DNA of 64,000 nt from Camelus ferus (taxonomy: Eukaryota), in assembly GCF_009834535.1 (NCBI RefSeq), contig NC_045697.1:13208001-13272000 (forward strand), given 5' to 3'. Numbering within the stretch: the first letter of the stretch is position 1; every line of letters starts with the position of its first letter. The translations under genes were made by a program, and so were the position numbers. This document shows positions 39,557 to 52,560 of this stretch, one piece after another. The notes under the pieces were generated by a model. It did not search any database, was not told the origin of the DNA, and saw only the letters and a program-made list of their open reading frames with translations.

Positions 39557-40770
39557 ATTTCTCTTCAGTGCTTTTATTTTTTTTCTTGTGATCTTGGTCA
39601 CTCTTTTCTTGACACTGGATTTAGAAGGTTCTTTCCTCTGTGATGCTTTATTCTCTGTAAGGTCCAACCTAAGCACGTTGTGCCACTTTACCTTAAAGAA
39701 ATCAACATAAAGTCTTTCTTCCTCCTCCTCATCACTTCTGTACAAGAACTGCATAGAAATGTCCTTGATCTTCTGTCCCTCATCAGTGTTAGGGACTGTT
39801 TGAGGTTGAGATCCTTTTGCGTTCCCAGTTTCTCTTCCATTTCTTCTTCATCCTCCTTCTTTTTCATCTTCGTCACTAATGCCATTAGCCTTTCTGTATT
39901 TTGTTCCTTCTGATTTTTTCCCCGTCTTTCTGAAAAATGGACATTTTCTCAGTGAAGTAAGCTCTAAATTCTTCCACCTTATCATTAGCTCAATTACTTT
40001 GCTGTCTTGACTGATTACCATTTCTTTGGTGAGTTGTTTCTGCATTTTCTGAAGAAATGTGACCTATGTTGACACAGCAAGACCAAGAGACAAGTCACCT
40101 TCAGGCACAGGTCACTTATCCCCATCAAATACCTTTTACCTTTCATCAGCTACAATGAATGTATTGAGAGGACAAAACACCTTTGAGCTATTTCTTTTGA
40201 ATCTTGATCTTGGGCTAAAGACAATTCCACTTTTTTTTCTGGATGTCTATAAATTGTTTTTTAGATTGATTTTGATTTCTTTCACAGGTGCTTTCTTCTG
40301 GAGAAGCTACTGCACCATCTTTTTACCTTCTAAGGGAAGCAAAATTAATAAACCATCACCATCTTCTTTGTACCTCGCATTTTTACCTGCTCTATGGATA
40401 AACATGTTGGCATCCTTTGGACAATAAAACTAAAGAACCCAATTCACAGCCAGGAAGTTCCTCCCCTGGGTGTAATATCAGCAGGAAAGAGTAGTGCAGC
40501 TCTCTTGCAGACAAAGTCATTACAGACTTCCATTCTCTTCCCTGTGGCTGTCAAACAAGAAAGGCAAAGATAGAAATACTAGGAATACCAACAGCTGGTG
40601 GAGCACTCAGTACGGATACTAAACCTTTTTTACAACTGAAGACAAATATTATACTTTTCCTCTTCTGGTGGCTTCTCAAAAAGGAATATAGCACTTTTTT
40701 CTTTAATGCAACTCACAAACTATGTAATTTTGCTCCAAAGTGATAGGAGTGATGTATGTTGCTTTTTCAG
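39557..40770 (-). pseudogene. DDX10: Processed pseudogene fragment of DEAD-box RNA helicase DDX10 (second RecA domain and part of the acidic/basic C-terminal region), with stops and frameshifts
   Basis: Manual minus-strand translation gives colinear blocks LEQNYIVCEL, RMEVCNDFVCKRAALLF, AVNWVL*FYCPKDANMFIHRAGKNARYKEDGDGLLILLP, LLQKKAPVKEIKIN, AQDQDSKEIAQRCFV, FLQKMQKQLTKE, EDEEEMEEKL, DFFKVKWHNV and RKEPSKSSVKKRVTK. These match DDX10 as I recall it, with no introns over ~1.2 kb. Confidence 0.93.
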
Positions 40771-42359
40771 AAATCATATATATATGATTTTAGTCAAAAA
40801 GTTTAAAAACTCATCAAATATCTACAAGGTTTTATGTTTTTAGGGGGAGGGTATGAATAGTCCAAATAATCTATGTGCTAAAACCAAAGCATTCTTCATT
40901 AAACCAACTTTTTTTTTTTTTGAGAATCTACTGAGTGCCAAGACTCTTTATTATATGCTGTGGGCAGTCCAATTGTCAATAACAATTATATAAAAATTAC
41001 CAATTAAATTATATTTCCATGCTACTAAATACTTAATTTCTGTGTCTGGGGAATTTTTTTTATCTCATCTCTCTCTGTTCCTGGTAGAATATAAGTTCTG
41101 GAAATTCACCATTTGAATTAAGGTTCTGGCCTGAGGCAAGATATTTGAATTTCCTGTATCTTAGATTCCTTTTGTGTAAAATGGAGAGGAATATTAGAGA
41201 ATCTACACATAGATTGGGTCAGGCCTATAAAATGAGTCACTATATGCAACATAAAAACAAGAATATGTAAAATTAAGCAATTTAAAATAGCATGTAGCAC
41301 ATAATGTGTCCCAAAATATTATTGTAGGAGATACTTACTAAATATATCATGGCTAACATAAAGTTGATGAGGCATATAGATAATAAAAATCTAATAGATA
41401 AGCCATGTATACAAAAAACTTAAAGAAAGGTAAAAATAATAATAACTTTATAGAGAGGTGAATTGTATTACAAGAATTCAAAGTTGATACATATAACCGA
41501 CATACTTTTAAAAATTGCATTGTTGTTAATTCAAGAAATTTATCAAATATGTAATACATAACAGATATTATGTTAGGTACTAGAAATATAGTGGGAACAG
41601 AACATGATTTATGTCATATCCTTATGGTGCTCTCAGTGGTGAAGACATACATTGAATGATTTTTTGCACTTATAGAATATTAGGATGATAAAGTTTGATG
41701 TCCTCTAGAAGCACATAAAAAATAAATCCAATATAATCTGTGTGGAACATAGGGAGGACGTTGTGGAGGAAGTAAATTTTGGCTGAAAACCTAAAAAGTA
41801 AATAGTTATTGAGTGCTGCAGGAGGTGGAAATGAGAAATGGTGAAAGGAAAGAAACAAGTTTTTACAATGAGAAATATAAGCAAAAAATAACCTGACCCA
41901 AGATCAAAACTTTCCATGCGACTTCTCACAATAGCCAACACTGAACTTATTTTCCACTTTGCAATCCTCTTTTCTGACCAGTGGAGCTGATGCACCCTCT
42001 GGGTTATGATTACACAGCTTCCTCCAGGATGTGCCTTGTGGCACCATTCACACCACTGTGTCATAACATTATCGTGAATAGCAAAATTTTATACAATAAT
42101 AGCAAATTAAGTACATCTAATTTTTAAAGCCTTATTTTCATACACATTTTCTCATTTAAATTTCATAGTTACCAGTGACTTCCCTATGAATTTTTTCATT
42201 GTTCATAAAAAGGGAGTCAAGCTGATTGGCTTGTGCAAACTTACACAACTAACGTTGCTAGAAATCATGGGACCAAACTACATCTTGACAGTGATGCAGT
42301 GCAGAGATGCAGATTCTTTGTACTGAACAGGGTTTCATCTGCAGAGTGAATATGAGAGA

Positions 42360-43165
42360 GAGCCATTCATTCAATAAATACCTAATGGATACCCTGTAAG
42401 CACCAGGCACTGGTTTAGGGTTGAGGATACAGCACTGAATCATACAAGCCACAGTCTTAACTTTGTGGAGCTAATTTTCTAGATGAAGAGGAAGATCATA
42501 CACACAATGAGCAGATAATGTAGTATGTTAGTTGTAGCAAGGACTCAGAATAAAAATAAAGTACAATTGGGGGATAAAGGCTGCCAACGAGCAAGTTTTG
42601 AGTGGTCAGAGATATCCTCATTGGAATGGTAACATTTGATTAAAGACCTATGGGGATAGGGCCACACTGAGATCTCAGGGAAGGGCTTTCCAAGTACAGG
42701 CAATTGTAGTACAAAGGCCCCAGGTGTTAGGGGCCTAGGCCTGGTGTGTGTGTGGAATGAGAAGAAATCGGTGTGTCTGGAGCAGAAGAAATGTAGGGAG
42801 AAAAAACTAACAAGAAGCCAACATTTATAAGGCCTCATAGCCCATGGTAAGAATTTGGGGTATTAGATTGAGTGAGATACGCAGTCATTTCAGGGTTCAG
42901 AACAGAAGAAAGACAATATCTGGTTTATATTATAAGAAGATCACCTCGGTTGTTGTGCTAGGATGAGACTCTGTTGACAAAGACAAATGCAAAATGTCAA
43001 TTAGGAGGCATTGAAATAATCATAATCAAAGATGGCCAGTGTGGCCAGTGAATAGGAGGTGATGAGACTGGATCAGATTCTGGATTTCTTTTTAAGGTTA
43101 AGATGGCAGTACTTGATTTAAGACTAGATGTGGGGTGTGAAATGAAGTGAAGCATCAATGAATAG
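42360..43165 (-). mobile_element. L2 3' portion
   Basis: 'cattcattcaataaata...caccaggcactggtttagggttgaggatacagca...ggatcagattctggat...ctagatgtggggtgtga'. Confidence 0.85.
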
Positions 43166-44059
43166 CACACGTTTAAAAGGTAATCGGTTATGTAAAATCC
43201 TCATTCATTTCCCTGCTAGCCCTGTGGGTATGTGTTGCTGAATTTGTTGTTGTTATCGTTTTTACTGCTGTTTATCTGTTTATTAGTTGTTTTTTTAATG
43301 AGTGGCTTGATAAAGTGGAAAAGTAAGAGCCAGAAGGGTAAGGGAAATTAGCTGGAATTTAGGGTAACTTGGAAGAAACTATAGGAACTATATTCATAGC
43401 AGACATGCAATAAAAATGTCATTAGATAAGGCAAAGCTCCATTGCTTGTTTTATTTATTTATTTTTTTACCTACTAAATATTTACTGTTATAGGGGCAGA
43501 AATTAGAAAAATGGCAGAATTGGGTTATATTCTTTGTGGAATTTGGCTTATGGTAACCAAGTCAGCAAAAATTGTCTCTACACAGCATTCTTTAAGGGTT
43601 AATAACAGTGTGGCTATCCAGAACTCTTCTTTGAAAAGTTAATTGCTTTTAGTAATATTTCACCCAGAGTAAAATTAAGTGTTGTGTTTACACAGTTAAA
43701 GGCGTGCTTATCAGTCTGCATTTTTTTTATTCAAACTTGGAAGTCACCTCCCTTTAAGAGCAAATACCTTGAGGTAAATACTTGGAAAGTGTATTTACGG
43801 AGCATCAGGGCAGATATTAATGCTGAGCGATGACAAGTATGACATAGGTGCTAGACTTCACACGGAGGGGTCACCGCACATGCTATTTCACAATGGCTGC
43901 CTCAGTAGATGAGCTGACATCACAACCCACTGCCAACGCCATAAACAATTGCCAATTTCATTTTACAGGAGTCACATGGGTGACTTGAACCAGAAAAAGA
44001 GATGAGGATAGGTGAAACTGAATATGTATGACTCATTCAGAACTGGCTTATTAGTCCAG

Positions 44060-44275
44060 AGGCAGTAGGACAGATTCAGCCTTGGAATGCCTAGGTTCAA
44101 ACCCCAAGCCTGCCATTTATTAGCTACATGACCTTGAACAGACCACTGAGCTAGGTTACTCACTTCAAAAAGGAGGAAATTAATGTAGACTTATTCTAGA
44201 GAATCATGTGAATCAAATGAGACAAGGCATGTGTAAAAATGGTTTAAAGCATTGTATAAATATTTGATGTTATTA
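44060..44275 (+). mobile_element. MIR SINE
   Basis: 'cctaggttcaaaccccaagcctgccatttattagctacatgaccttgaac'. Confidence 0.7.
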
Positions 44276-46204
44276 TTGAACAGGCTTTCCCTTTGAAAAA
44301 TGGAAAGGGAGAGAGCAGGAATGATTTAGCAGTTACTAAATACTCTCCCTGGTTTTGTGAATTCCCCACATGCAAGACCATTTAAAGTAAACAACAATGT
44401 CATCTCTCACTCTCTCTCCCTCTCTCTCCATCCATCCATCCAACCATCCAACAACTCGGTTGTGCATCTTGTTCAATGTCATTGTGTATGTTAGAGTCAA
44501 GATCCAAACTTAGGTTGTTCTTTGTGTCCAAGCCTGCATATTTCCTCATGTTCCAAGTCACTGCCTGTGCATTTTACATGTAGCTGTACTATGCCAGAGA
44601 CTGGGAGACATTAAAGAAATCATCTAGTGGAATTATTTTCAAATATTTAGTTGTGAAGTCTTATTGAGAAGCTCAGCATTTGCTAAAAGTAGATCTGCCC
44701 CTGTTAGAGCAAATGTGGGAACTCCAAAGTAGCTTCACTTGTCCCTCCTCTACATCTTTTGGGAGTGTGGGCACTTTAGGGTTTAAAAAACATTAATCTA
44801 GCCTGTTCCTCTCAGCTTAATGACTGAAAAACAGAATCTCAGGGAGACTAAATGATTTACCTAAGAACACAAAATCTTTTAATAGCAAAAAAGAACAAGG
44901 AGCCCATTTCTGTGGAACTTGTGCACCATTTGCCCCCCACCATGCTTCCTACATCACTCCTACAATATTCATATTTGAAGAGTGTCAACAAATGCAGTTC
45001 ATATCTCCCATTCAACTTCTGAACCAGTTAAGAGATACATAAAGGAGTTTGTCTCATGGAGATAAAACACATAAATTATATAATTGATGGAGCTGCTGGA
45101 GAGCATGGCTTGCTGTGTGATAACTAAAGGTTGCTCCACAGGGTCAGATGCTTACTTTGTCACAGAGTGCACCCCTTCCCCAATATGGAATGAACCTTTT
45201 CTGGTAAACTTAACCATCGGGTACAAAAATGGACCAGAATACAAATGTGTTGGAGGCTGGACTAAAGCTGAATGGGTAGTAGGTTGAGCTTGTATGTCTA
45301 CCTAGTTTCTTCTCCCTAACTCACCTGATCAGTCATCCTGTATGAGAATAAGGGGTCAGTGAGAATCCAGTGGTCCCTTAATACAAGATCCTTGTTATGA
45401 AAGGAAACATCAGGGGAAACCAGGAGGACAGGCTTAGTGACTTCCACCTCATGGAGTACAAGGAATGCAGGTCTGATGAGATCATACTCAATAACATATG
45501 GTTTTTATTTTATTCAAACTTCTGGCCTTAATTTTTGATTTGTTTGTTGTACTATCAAGTACCAACATTCTCATGAACATATCTCAGTTTTTTTTAACCA
45601 AAGTTATGAATGTTATATATTTCCTGGTGGCTTCATAATTTATAGATGAACTTATTTCTGAAACTAAATGTTATTGCATTGAGATGTTGTATGAGGCAAA
45701 ACCAAATGTAGATAAATCTTGAAATAGCATTTTCCCCTATCACCCTGAAAGAGTAGAGTAGGAGTGATTGTCACATCCTCAAAACAGGAGACATCCCAAG
45801 GACAGGGAGGAAATTGGAGTCTTAGAATCAGCGAGCTCATACAGGACTTATGAGAATCAAATAAAGAGCCCTATGAATAGACAGTAATTGATAAAAGAAG
45901 CTTGGAGGCAAAGAGGGGTTTGAAACACATACCCGCCTCCAGGTAATAATATTAAAGAGCTGTTGAAGATCCTAAGTAAAATTTCATTACATCTTGAAGC
46001 TATGATTAAAAGAGAATTACTAGGTATGCATTTAAAATAAATATTCAACTTAATTCAAAAACAGGTTCAACATTTGGGAGCATCAATTTAAAAAGCACTC
46101 ACTGAAAAGTCAATGTACTGTGGTGGTTATGAAAACCATCTTTCTATGTATATAATTATAAGTTATGGTTTCAATAGCTAGGAGTTCAAAATTAATACAA
46201 AATT

Positions 46205-46207
<3 letters not shown>

Positions 46208-46254
<47 letters not shown>

Positions 46255-46305
46255 TATATACACACACATATATACACACACATCTATATATATCTATATA
46301 TATAT
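46208..46305. repeat. (TA)n/(CA)n compound microsatellite
   Basis: Seen directly. Confidence 0.95.
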
Positions 46306-46609
46306 TGATAACTCCTAGCTTCAATCCCCCTAAAAAAGAAAATTGCATATTCCTTCCCATTATTTTCCACTTTTCTCTAAATCTCAGATCTAATTTCTAA
46401 CTGGGATGCAGATTGCTCTGGTGAAAATTCTGCCTCCACTGATGTGGCTGTTGTCTGACTTCAACTCATCTTCTAATCCTCAGCTTCAATATCACTTGTG
46501 CAAGGAGCTCTCCAATGATCTTCAAATGATAATTAGTTCCCTCTATTGTATCCCTCATACCACCCTAAGATTCCTCCTGTCTCATTTTATAGTAGCCCCA
46601 CTCTTATAA

Positions 46610-47130
46610 TTTTGCTCATTTGTTCAGTCAAAAATGTATATTGAGCATCTATTACATGCCATGAATGTTTCTAGGCTCTGGATGTACAATGGTGAGTAAG
46701 GTAGACTGGATTCCTTTTCTTATGGAGTACACATTCTAGATTATAGTAGGGATACTCCACACCATCAGGAACCTTAATGGCTTCTTTATTTTATTACCAA
46801 TGCTTGCTAAACTTCTCTAATAGCCATTGACATATTGCATATACTCAATAAATGTTTATTGAACTAATAATGAATAAGTAAATGGAAATTATGGGGAACA
46901 AATAAATAAATAAATAAAAATAAGATATTGATAACTGCTGTGCAGAGAATTAATAGTGGGTGAAAGAATTGATGGTGGCTGACTTATCCTAGATTAAATG
47001 CTCATGGAAGACTTCTCTGAGGTTTTAACATTGAAACTGAGATAGGCATGACTCAAAGAAGTCAATTTTATGTACCCCTACCCAGAAGCAACAATATTCT
47101 GAGATGTTCAAGCATTTGGAAGAGACCTGG
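46610..47130 (-). mobile_element. L2 fragments
   Basis: 'attgagcatctattacatgcc...tctaggctctggatgtacaatggtgag', 'ggaagacttctctgagg'. Confidence 0.65.
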
Positions 47131-47368
47131 AGTTTGAGAAACTCCAGAGGGAGAGAAAGAGTGAGGAAACAAGGAGAAAGAGGGATGGCGGGGAAGAAGG
47201 AATGAAGAAGAGAGGGAAAGAAAAGAAGAGGAAGGGATAGTAGAAAGAGGTGCCAAGGTGAATCAAGGCAACAGCATGAGTGAAGATGCCATTTGGAAGT
47301 GGATCTTCTACCCATAACTCTCACCAGTTGCATCAGAAATGAACCATCTAAATTCTTTTCCCATAGAG

Positions 47369-48082
47369 AAGCCTTCTACACTGCTGGTGGGAATGCAGTT
47401 TGGTACAGCCACTGTGGAAAACAGTATGGAGATTCCTCAAAAGACTAGGAATAGACTTACCATATGACCCAGGAATCCTGCTTCTGGGCTTATATCCAGA
47501 AGGAACCCTACTTCAGGATGACACCTGCACCCCAATGTTCATAGAAGCATTATTTACAATAGCCAAGACATGGAAACAGCCTAAATGTCCATCAACAGGT
47601 GACTGGATAAAGAAGATGTGGTATATTTATACAATGGAATACTACTCAGCCATAAAAACTGACAACATAATGCCATTTGCAGCAATGTGGATGCTCCTGG
47701 AGAATGTCATTCTAAGTGAAGTAAGCCAGAAAGAGAAAGAAAAATACCATATGAGATCACTCATACATGGAATCTAAAAAACAAAAACAAAAACTAACAA
47801 AGCATAAATACAAAACAGAAATAAACTCATAGACATAGAATACAAACTTGTGGTTGCCAAGGGGGTGGAGGGTGGGAAGGGATAGACTGGGATTTCAAAA
47901 TTGTAGAATAGATAAACAAGATTATACTGTATAGCACAGGGAAATATACATAAGATCTTATGGTAGCTCACAGAGAAAAAAATGTGACAATGAATATATA
48001 TATGTTCATGTATAACTGAAAAATTGTGCTCTACACTGGAATTTGACACAACATTGTAAAATGATTATAAATCAAAAAATGT
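47369..48082 (+). mobile_element. Young 5'-truncated L1 (open ORF2 C-terminus plus 3'UTR)
   Basis: ORF 47400-47777 is L1 ORF2p C-terminal sequence ([13 protein letters not shown]...CTPMF...[18 protein letters not shown]). Perfect 20-bp TSD taaattcttttcccatagag at 47349-47368 and 48083-48102. Confidence 0.96.
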
Positions 48083-48373
48083 TAAATTCTTTTCCCATAG
48101 AGCTGAAAGGAAAGATAAAATGGCTAAGTTCCTGTGTCAGAATTGTTTCACAACAACAAATAATTGAAACATGTCTTTCACAGTCTCTGTAGCATCCACA
48201 AGTTCAGTTACTGGCCCAACTGGATGAAAAAAAAAAAACTGAAAGAAGAATAATTAAGCAAAGTGAGGAATCACATCACTACCTGCTTCTCAGACTCTGA
48301 GCTTTCACGTCTTTACATGAAAAGTAAGGATGCTTTATAATTTTCAGAGTGTTTAAGTTCTTTGCCAAACCTT

Positions 48374-48874
48374 TGTGGTAGGCAGAATTAGGATTACCCA
48401 AAAGATGTTCATATCCCAATCCCCAGAACCTCTGAATATGTTAGGTTATGTAACAATGAGAAATTAGTGCTGCAAATGTAGTCTTACTAATCAGCTGACT
48501 TAAAGACAAAGAGATTATCCTGTATTATCTAGATAGGTTCAATATAATCACAAGAGGGTCCTTTAAAATAGAAGAGAGAGGCAGGAAAAGAAATTAGAGT
48601 CAGAAAGAGATTTGAAAATGCTTTTTGCTGGCTTTGAAGTTGGAGGAAATAGCCACAAACTAAGAAGGGCATCGATCCCTAGATGCTGGAAAAAGCAAGG
48701 ACCAGACCCCTTAAAATCTTCAGAAGAAATGCAGCCCTAATGAACATTTTGATTTTAGCCCAGTAAGACCCATTTCTAACACCATACCTCTAGAACTGTA
48801 AGATAATAAATTTCTGGATTTTGGACCACAAACTTTGTGGCAATTTGTTACAACAACAATAGAAAATGAATAAA
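48374..48874 (+). mobile_element. MaLR LTR (MLT1D-like)
   Basis: 'tgtggtaggcagaat...ccccagaacctctgaatatgtta...gagattatcctg...gctggctttgaag...tagaactgtaagataataaat...aatttgttacaacaacaatagaaaa'. Confidence 0.88.
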
Positions 48875-51055
48875 GCTCCCATATCATTTGCTGATGATTG
48901 ATACTAGAATTATCAAACCTCTTTCAAGAAAGAGCTCTCCAATAGAGGATTAAATTAATCCTATGGATAACCATGCCAGAATGCAGTAAGATAATCATTT
49001 TCCTGAAAAAGATAGAATTAACAAACTAATGATTTTCCCCTGTAAACCATTTACCATCTATTCTTTCAGAATTCCTTCAAACATACTAATAGCCTAAGGC
49101 AAAAGAACAAAAAAATCACATCATTTATTAACTAGGTCCTGATAAAATGGCTTTCTTCCCCTCTGGTGGGGACAGAGGCTCTACTAGGAAAAAAAATTCA
49201 AATTTCTTCGAAGACAGTGCAAACTTAATTTACCATATGGGATTGTAAATTACCTATAGGTAATAAACAAACAAATAAATATATAAATAAAGCCTCTTTG
49301 TAAGCATCACAGTCCCAGACTTATGCTTTATGCGTAACAACCTTATTTATGTCTTACTACCACAATACCATCAGCATTCTTATCTCATTCCACTGTCAGT
49401 GAGCTCAGGATGACTGCCATTTCATTTCGGACTAGAGAGTCTAACAAACATGTCTAGCATGTAACTCCCACTGCATTATTATTGTTAGATTAATTAACTA
49501 ACATTAAGTGCTTGTTGAATTAACCCATAGCAATTCACAATTTAAACACAAGCCTCAGAATGAGCTTTTGCAAACCAGATCCTTTCAAAAGATAGCTCAG
49601 GTATACTGGGCAAGACTAGGATAAGTTAATAATGTTAACATATTCACCATGTTAAATTGCTGGGACAATAAAAAAACAATAACTAAAGTGAGAAAAATAA
49701 CTGTGGGCACAGCTTTAAGAACAGGATGATTTATCCTAGAATGTATTAAATTTGATAGGCAATGAGATTGTACATTGAGAGTTTGGTTATTTTTAATTTT
49801 TTTTAATTTTTATTTTCTTTGTGCAGTATTCCAGAATAACTTTTCACTAATGTTTTTATCTTTCTCTAAAACTATGAATTTAATCAATATGCTCAAAGGA
49901 CTAATTAGTTATAATATCTTCAGGCATTCAAAACTGAAAATACTGCAATTAAAAAGGTAAATATACTGTAAGTGACATTCCAGGAGTGTTATTAGAGGAA
50001 CTAAAAGGCATTTAAAATAAACAGATTTATTGGCTGTTGAATACCCACGGATTTCATCTTATATTACTATTTGGTTTGACTAAGTTAAACTTTCCAAGTA
50101 AAATAATGACTTGGCCGATATAATGCCCCCCAAGTTCTCATTTGCTGTTTTCAGCCCTTGAACATTTCAAGATCTCTGAGACTTACAGGACTCACAGTAA
50201 AATACTGTACAGCAAAAGGCAAGTTAATGGTGGCCTGGAAAAAAACAGAAGAGCTGGACTCAAATCTATGAATAATATTATCATGGCTTTAAAACTTACA
50301 TAAAATTAATTCAATTAACTTATTTTAGGTTAAACAAAAACATTTCTGACTCTGTAAACTGAATGCTGCTCCACACTCTGTAAGTGTAGGGCCCCCCACA
50401 ATGAGGTAAAAGTAAGACATTCAAATATTTTGGAAAGAGAGATTCTTATTCTCTGTGGCCATTACAACACATGAACAAAACAAAGAGCTCAGGAGCAGAA
50501 ACATGTGCTAGTCTTTTCTTTTTGAACTGAGTTTGCAGCTGTCCAGCACCCAGTCTCACACAGTGTCTCACAGCAGGTTCTGAACAGCTGGGGCTCAAGG
50601 AGGAGGGCACCAGATTTAACAGCACAGAGGCCACGTTTAGGAAAAGAAGGTGATCTGTAGATACTTGTGGTTACTGAAATCTGGGAATGTCATTAGAATA
50701 CACAACACCCCATCAGCTGCAAAAATGACAGGGAAATACAAAATGGAGAATGATACTAATGCCATTGGACAGTATTCATGTTGCATTCCTCAGATTTTGC
50801 TTAAAACACGTAGGGCATGTTAGTAGGAAGGCATCAGAAAAGACAATCTGTGTGTGGGTGTGTGTAATCATTTTGGCTTTTGCCAAATTACTTAGTTATT
50901 CGGGCAGGTATTTTAACATCTCTGAGTCTCATGAGACTATTGAAAACTAATTCACAGAGTTGGATTTGAACCTGGAAGATTTTCTAATTATAACAGTGAT
51001 TTGAGAAGCACAGTTGGTTTCCAGGGCATTGTTCGCCATCAGAAATGGAATAAAC

Positions 51056-51152
51056 CCTTTTGCAGGTAGCTGTCCAGTTTCCTCAGCACCACTTATTGAA
51101 AAGACTGTCTTTTCTCCATTGTATGTTGTTGCCTCCTTGTCATAGATCAATT
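51056..51152 (-). mobile_element. Short, well-preserved internal L1 ORF2 fragment
   Basis: 'gtagctgtccagtttcctcagcaccacttattgaaaagactgtcttttctccattgtat'; ORF track 'IYDKEA'. Confidence 0.8.
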
Positions 51153-51195
51153 AATTAGGCGTTTTTAGAGACTACACACAAGTTAGATAAGACCC

Positions 51196-52560
51196 TCAAG
51201 TTTCATTCATGTTGTGAATATCAGAATTTCCTTACTTTTCATGGATGGCTGAATAGTATTAGTATATATATCACATTTTCTGTATCCATTCACTGTTGGT
51301 GGACATTTAGGTTATTTCCATGTCTTGCTGATTACAAATACTGCTGCAATGCACATGGGGAGCAGATAGCTTTTCAATAACTTGTTTCATTTCCCTGGGA
51401 TAAACATCCAGAAATGAGATTGCTGAATCATATTATATTTCTATTTTTAAATTTTTGAGGAAACTCCATACTGTTTTCCATAGTGACTGTACCAATTTAC
51501 ATTCCCCAACATAGCGCTCCAATGTTCCCTTTTCTCCACAACCTTGCCAATATTTAGTGTAACTTCTCTTTCCTAACAAATGTGAGGTGATATTTCATAG
51601 TGGTTTTAATTTGCATTTTCCCGAGATTAGTGATGTCGACACCCTTTCATATGCTTTTTGGCCATTTGTTTGACTTCTTTGGAAAAAATGTGTTTTCAGG
51701 TAGTTTACCCTTTTAAAAATCCAACTATTTGATTAATTTTTGAGTTATATGAGTTTCTTATATAACTGGGACATTAATTTTTTTCAGATATATGATTTTC
51801 AAATATTTTCTAGGTGTTTTGCATTTGTTAGTTGCTTCTTTTGCTGTGCTTATTAGTTTATTTTAGCTTTTGTGGGTTGTGCTTTTGATGTCACATACAA
51901 GTTATTGCCAAGACCACTGTCAAGGAGCTTATTCTTATGTTTTCTTATAAGAGTTTTATGATTTCAGGTCTCATGTTTAAGTCCTCAGTTTATGTTGACT
52001 TAACTTTTGTGATTGGTGGAAGATAGGGCCCAATTTCATTCTTTTGCATGTGAATAATCAGTTTTCCCAAAATCATTTTTTTAGAAACTATCATTTCCCC
52101 ATTGAGTCATCTTGCCTCTCTGTTTAAATATTTGTATACCATGCATGAATGGGTTTATTTCTAGGTTTTCAATTATGTTCTGTCAATGTGTCTGTTTATA
52201 TGCCAGTGTCATACTGTTTTGATTACTGTAGCTTTATAATATAGTTTAAAGTCAGAGTGTGTGCTACCTTGAGCTTCATTCTTCTTTCTCAGGATGGCTT
52301 TGGCTATTTGGGTCTTTTGTGGTTCCACATGAATTTTAGATTTTTTCCCTATTTGAAAAATTACACTGGAATTTTGATAGGGACTGCACTGAATCTATGT
52401 ATGGTTTTGGGTATTATGGACATTTTAACCATGCTAATTCTTCTGATCCATGTACGTAGGATATCTTTTCATTTATTTGTGTCTTCTTAAATTTCTTTCT
52501 TTAATATCTGATAGTTTTCATCTTTGGTTGAATATATTCCTAAGCATTTTGTCTTTCTTG
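51196..52560 (-). mobile_element. Old L1 (ORF2 3' part)
   Basis: Continuous antisense L1 text: 'atggctgaatagtatt', 'ttgcattttcccgagattagtgatg', 'tttggctatttgggtcttttgtggttccacatgaatttt'. Confidence 0.9.

Noticed and set aside
40059..40427. 122-aa plus-strand ORF
   Set aside because: It is the antisense shadow of the DDX10 pseudogene.
39557..40770. Functional DDX10 gene or retrogene
   Set aside because: In-frame stops, frameshifts, a decayed motif VI and no N-terminal DEAD domain.
47400..47777. 125-aa ORF as a host gene
   Set aside because: It is the L1 ORF2p C-terminus in a 5'-truncated insertion.
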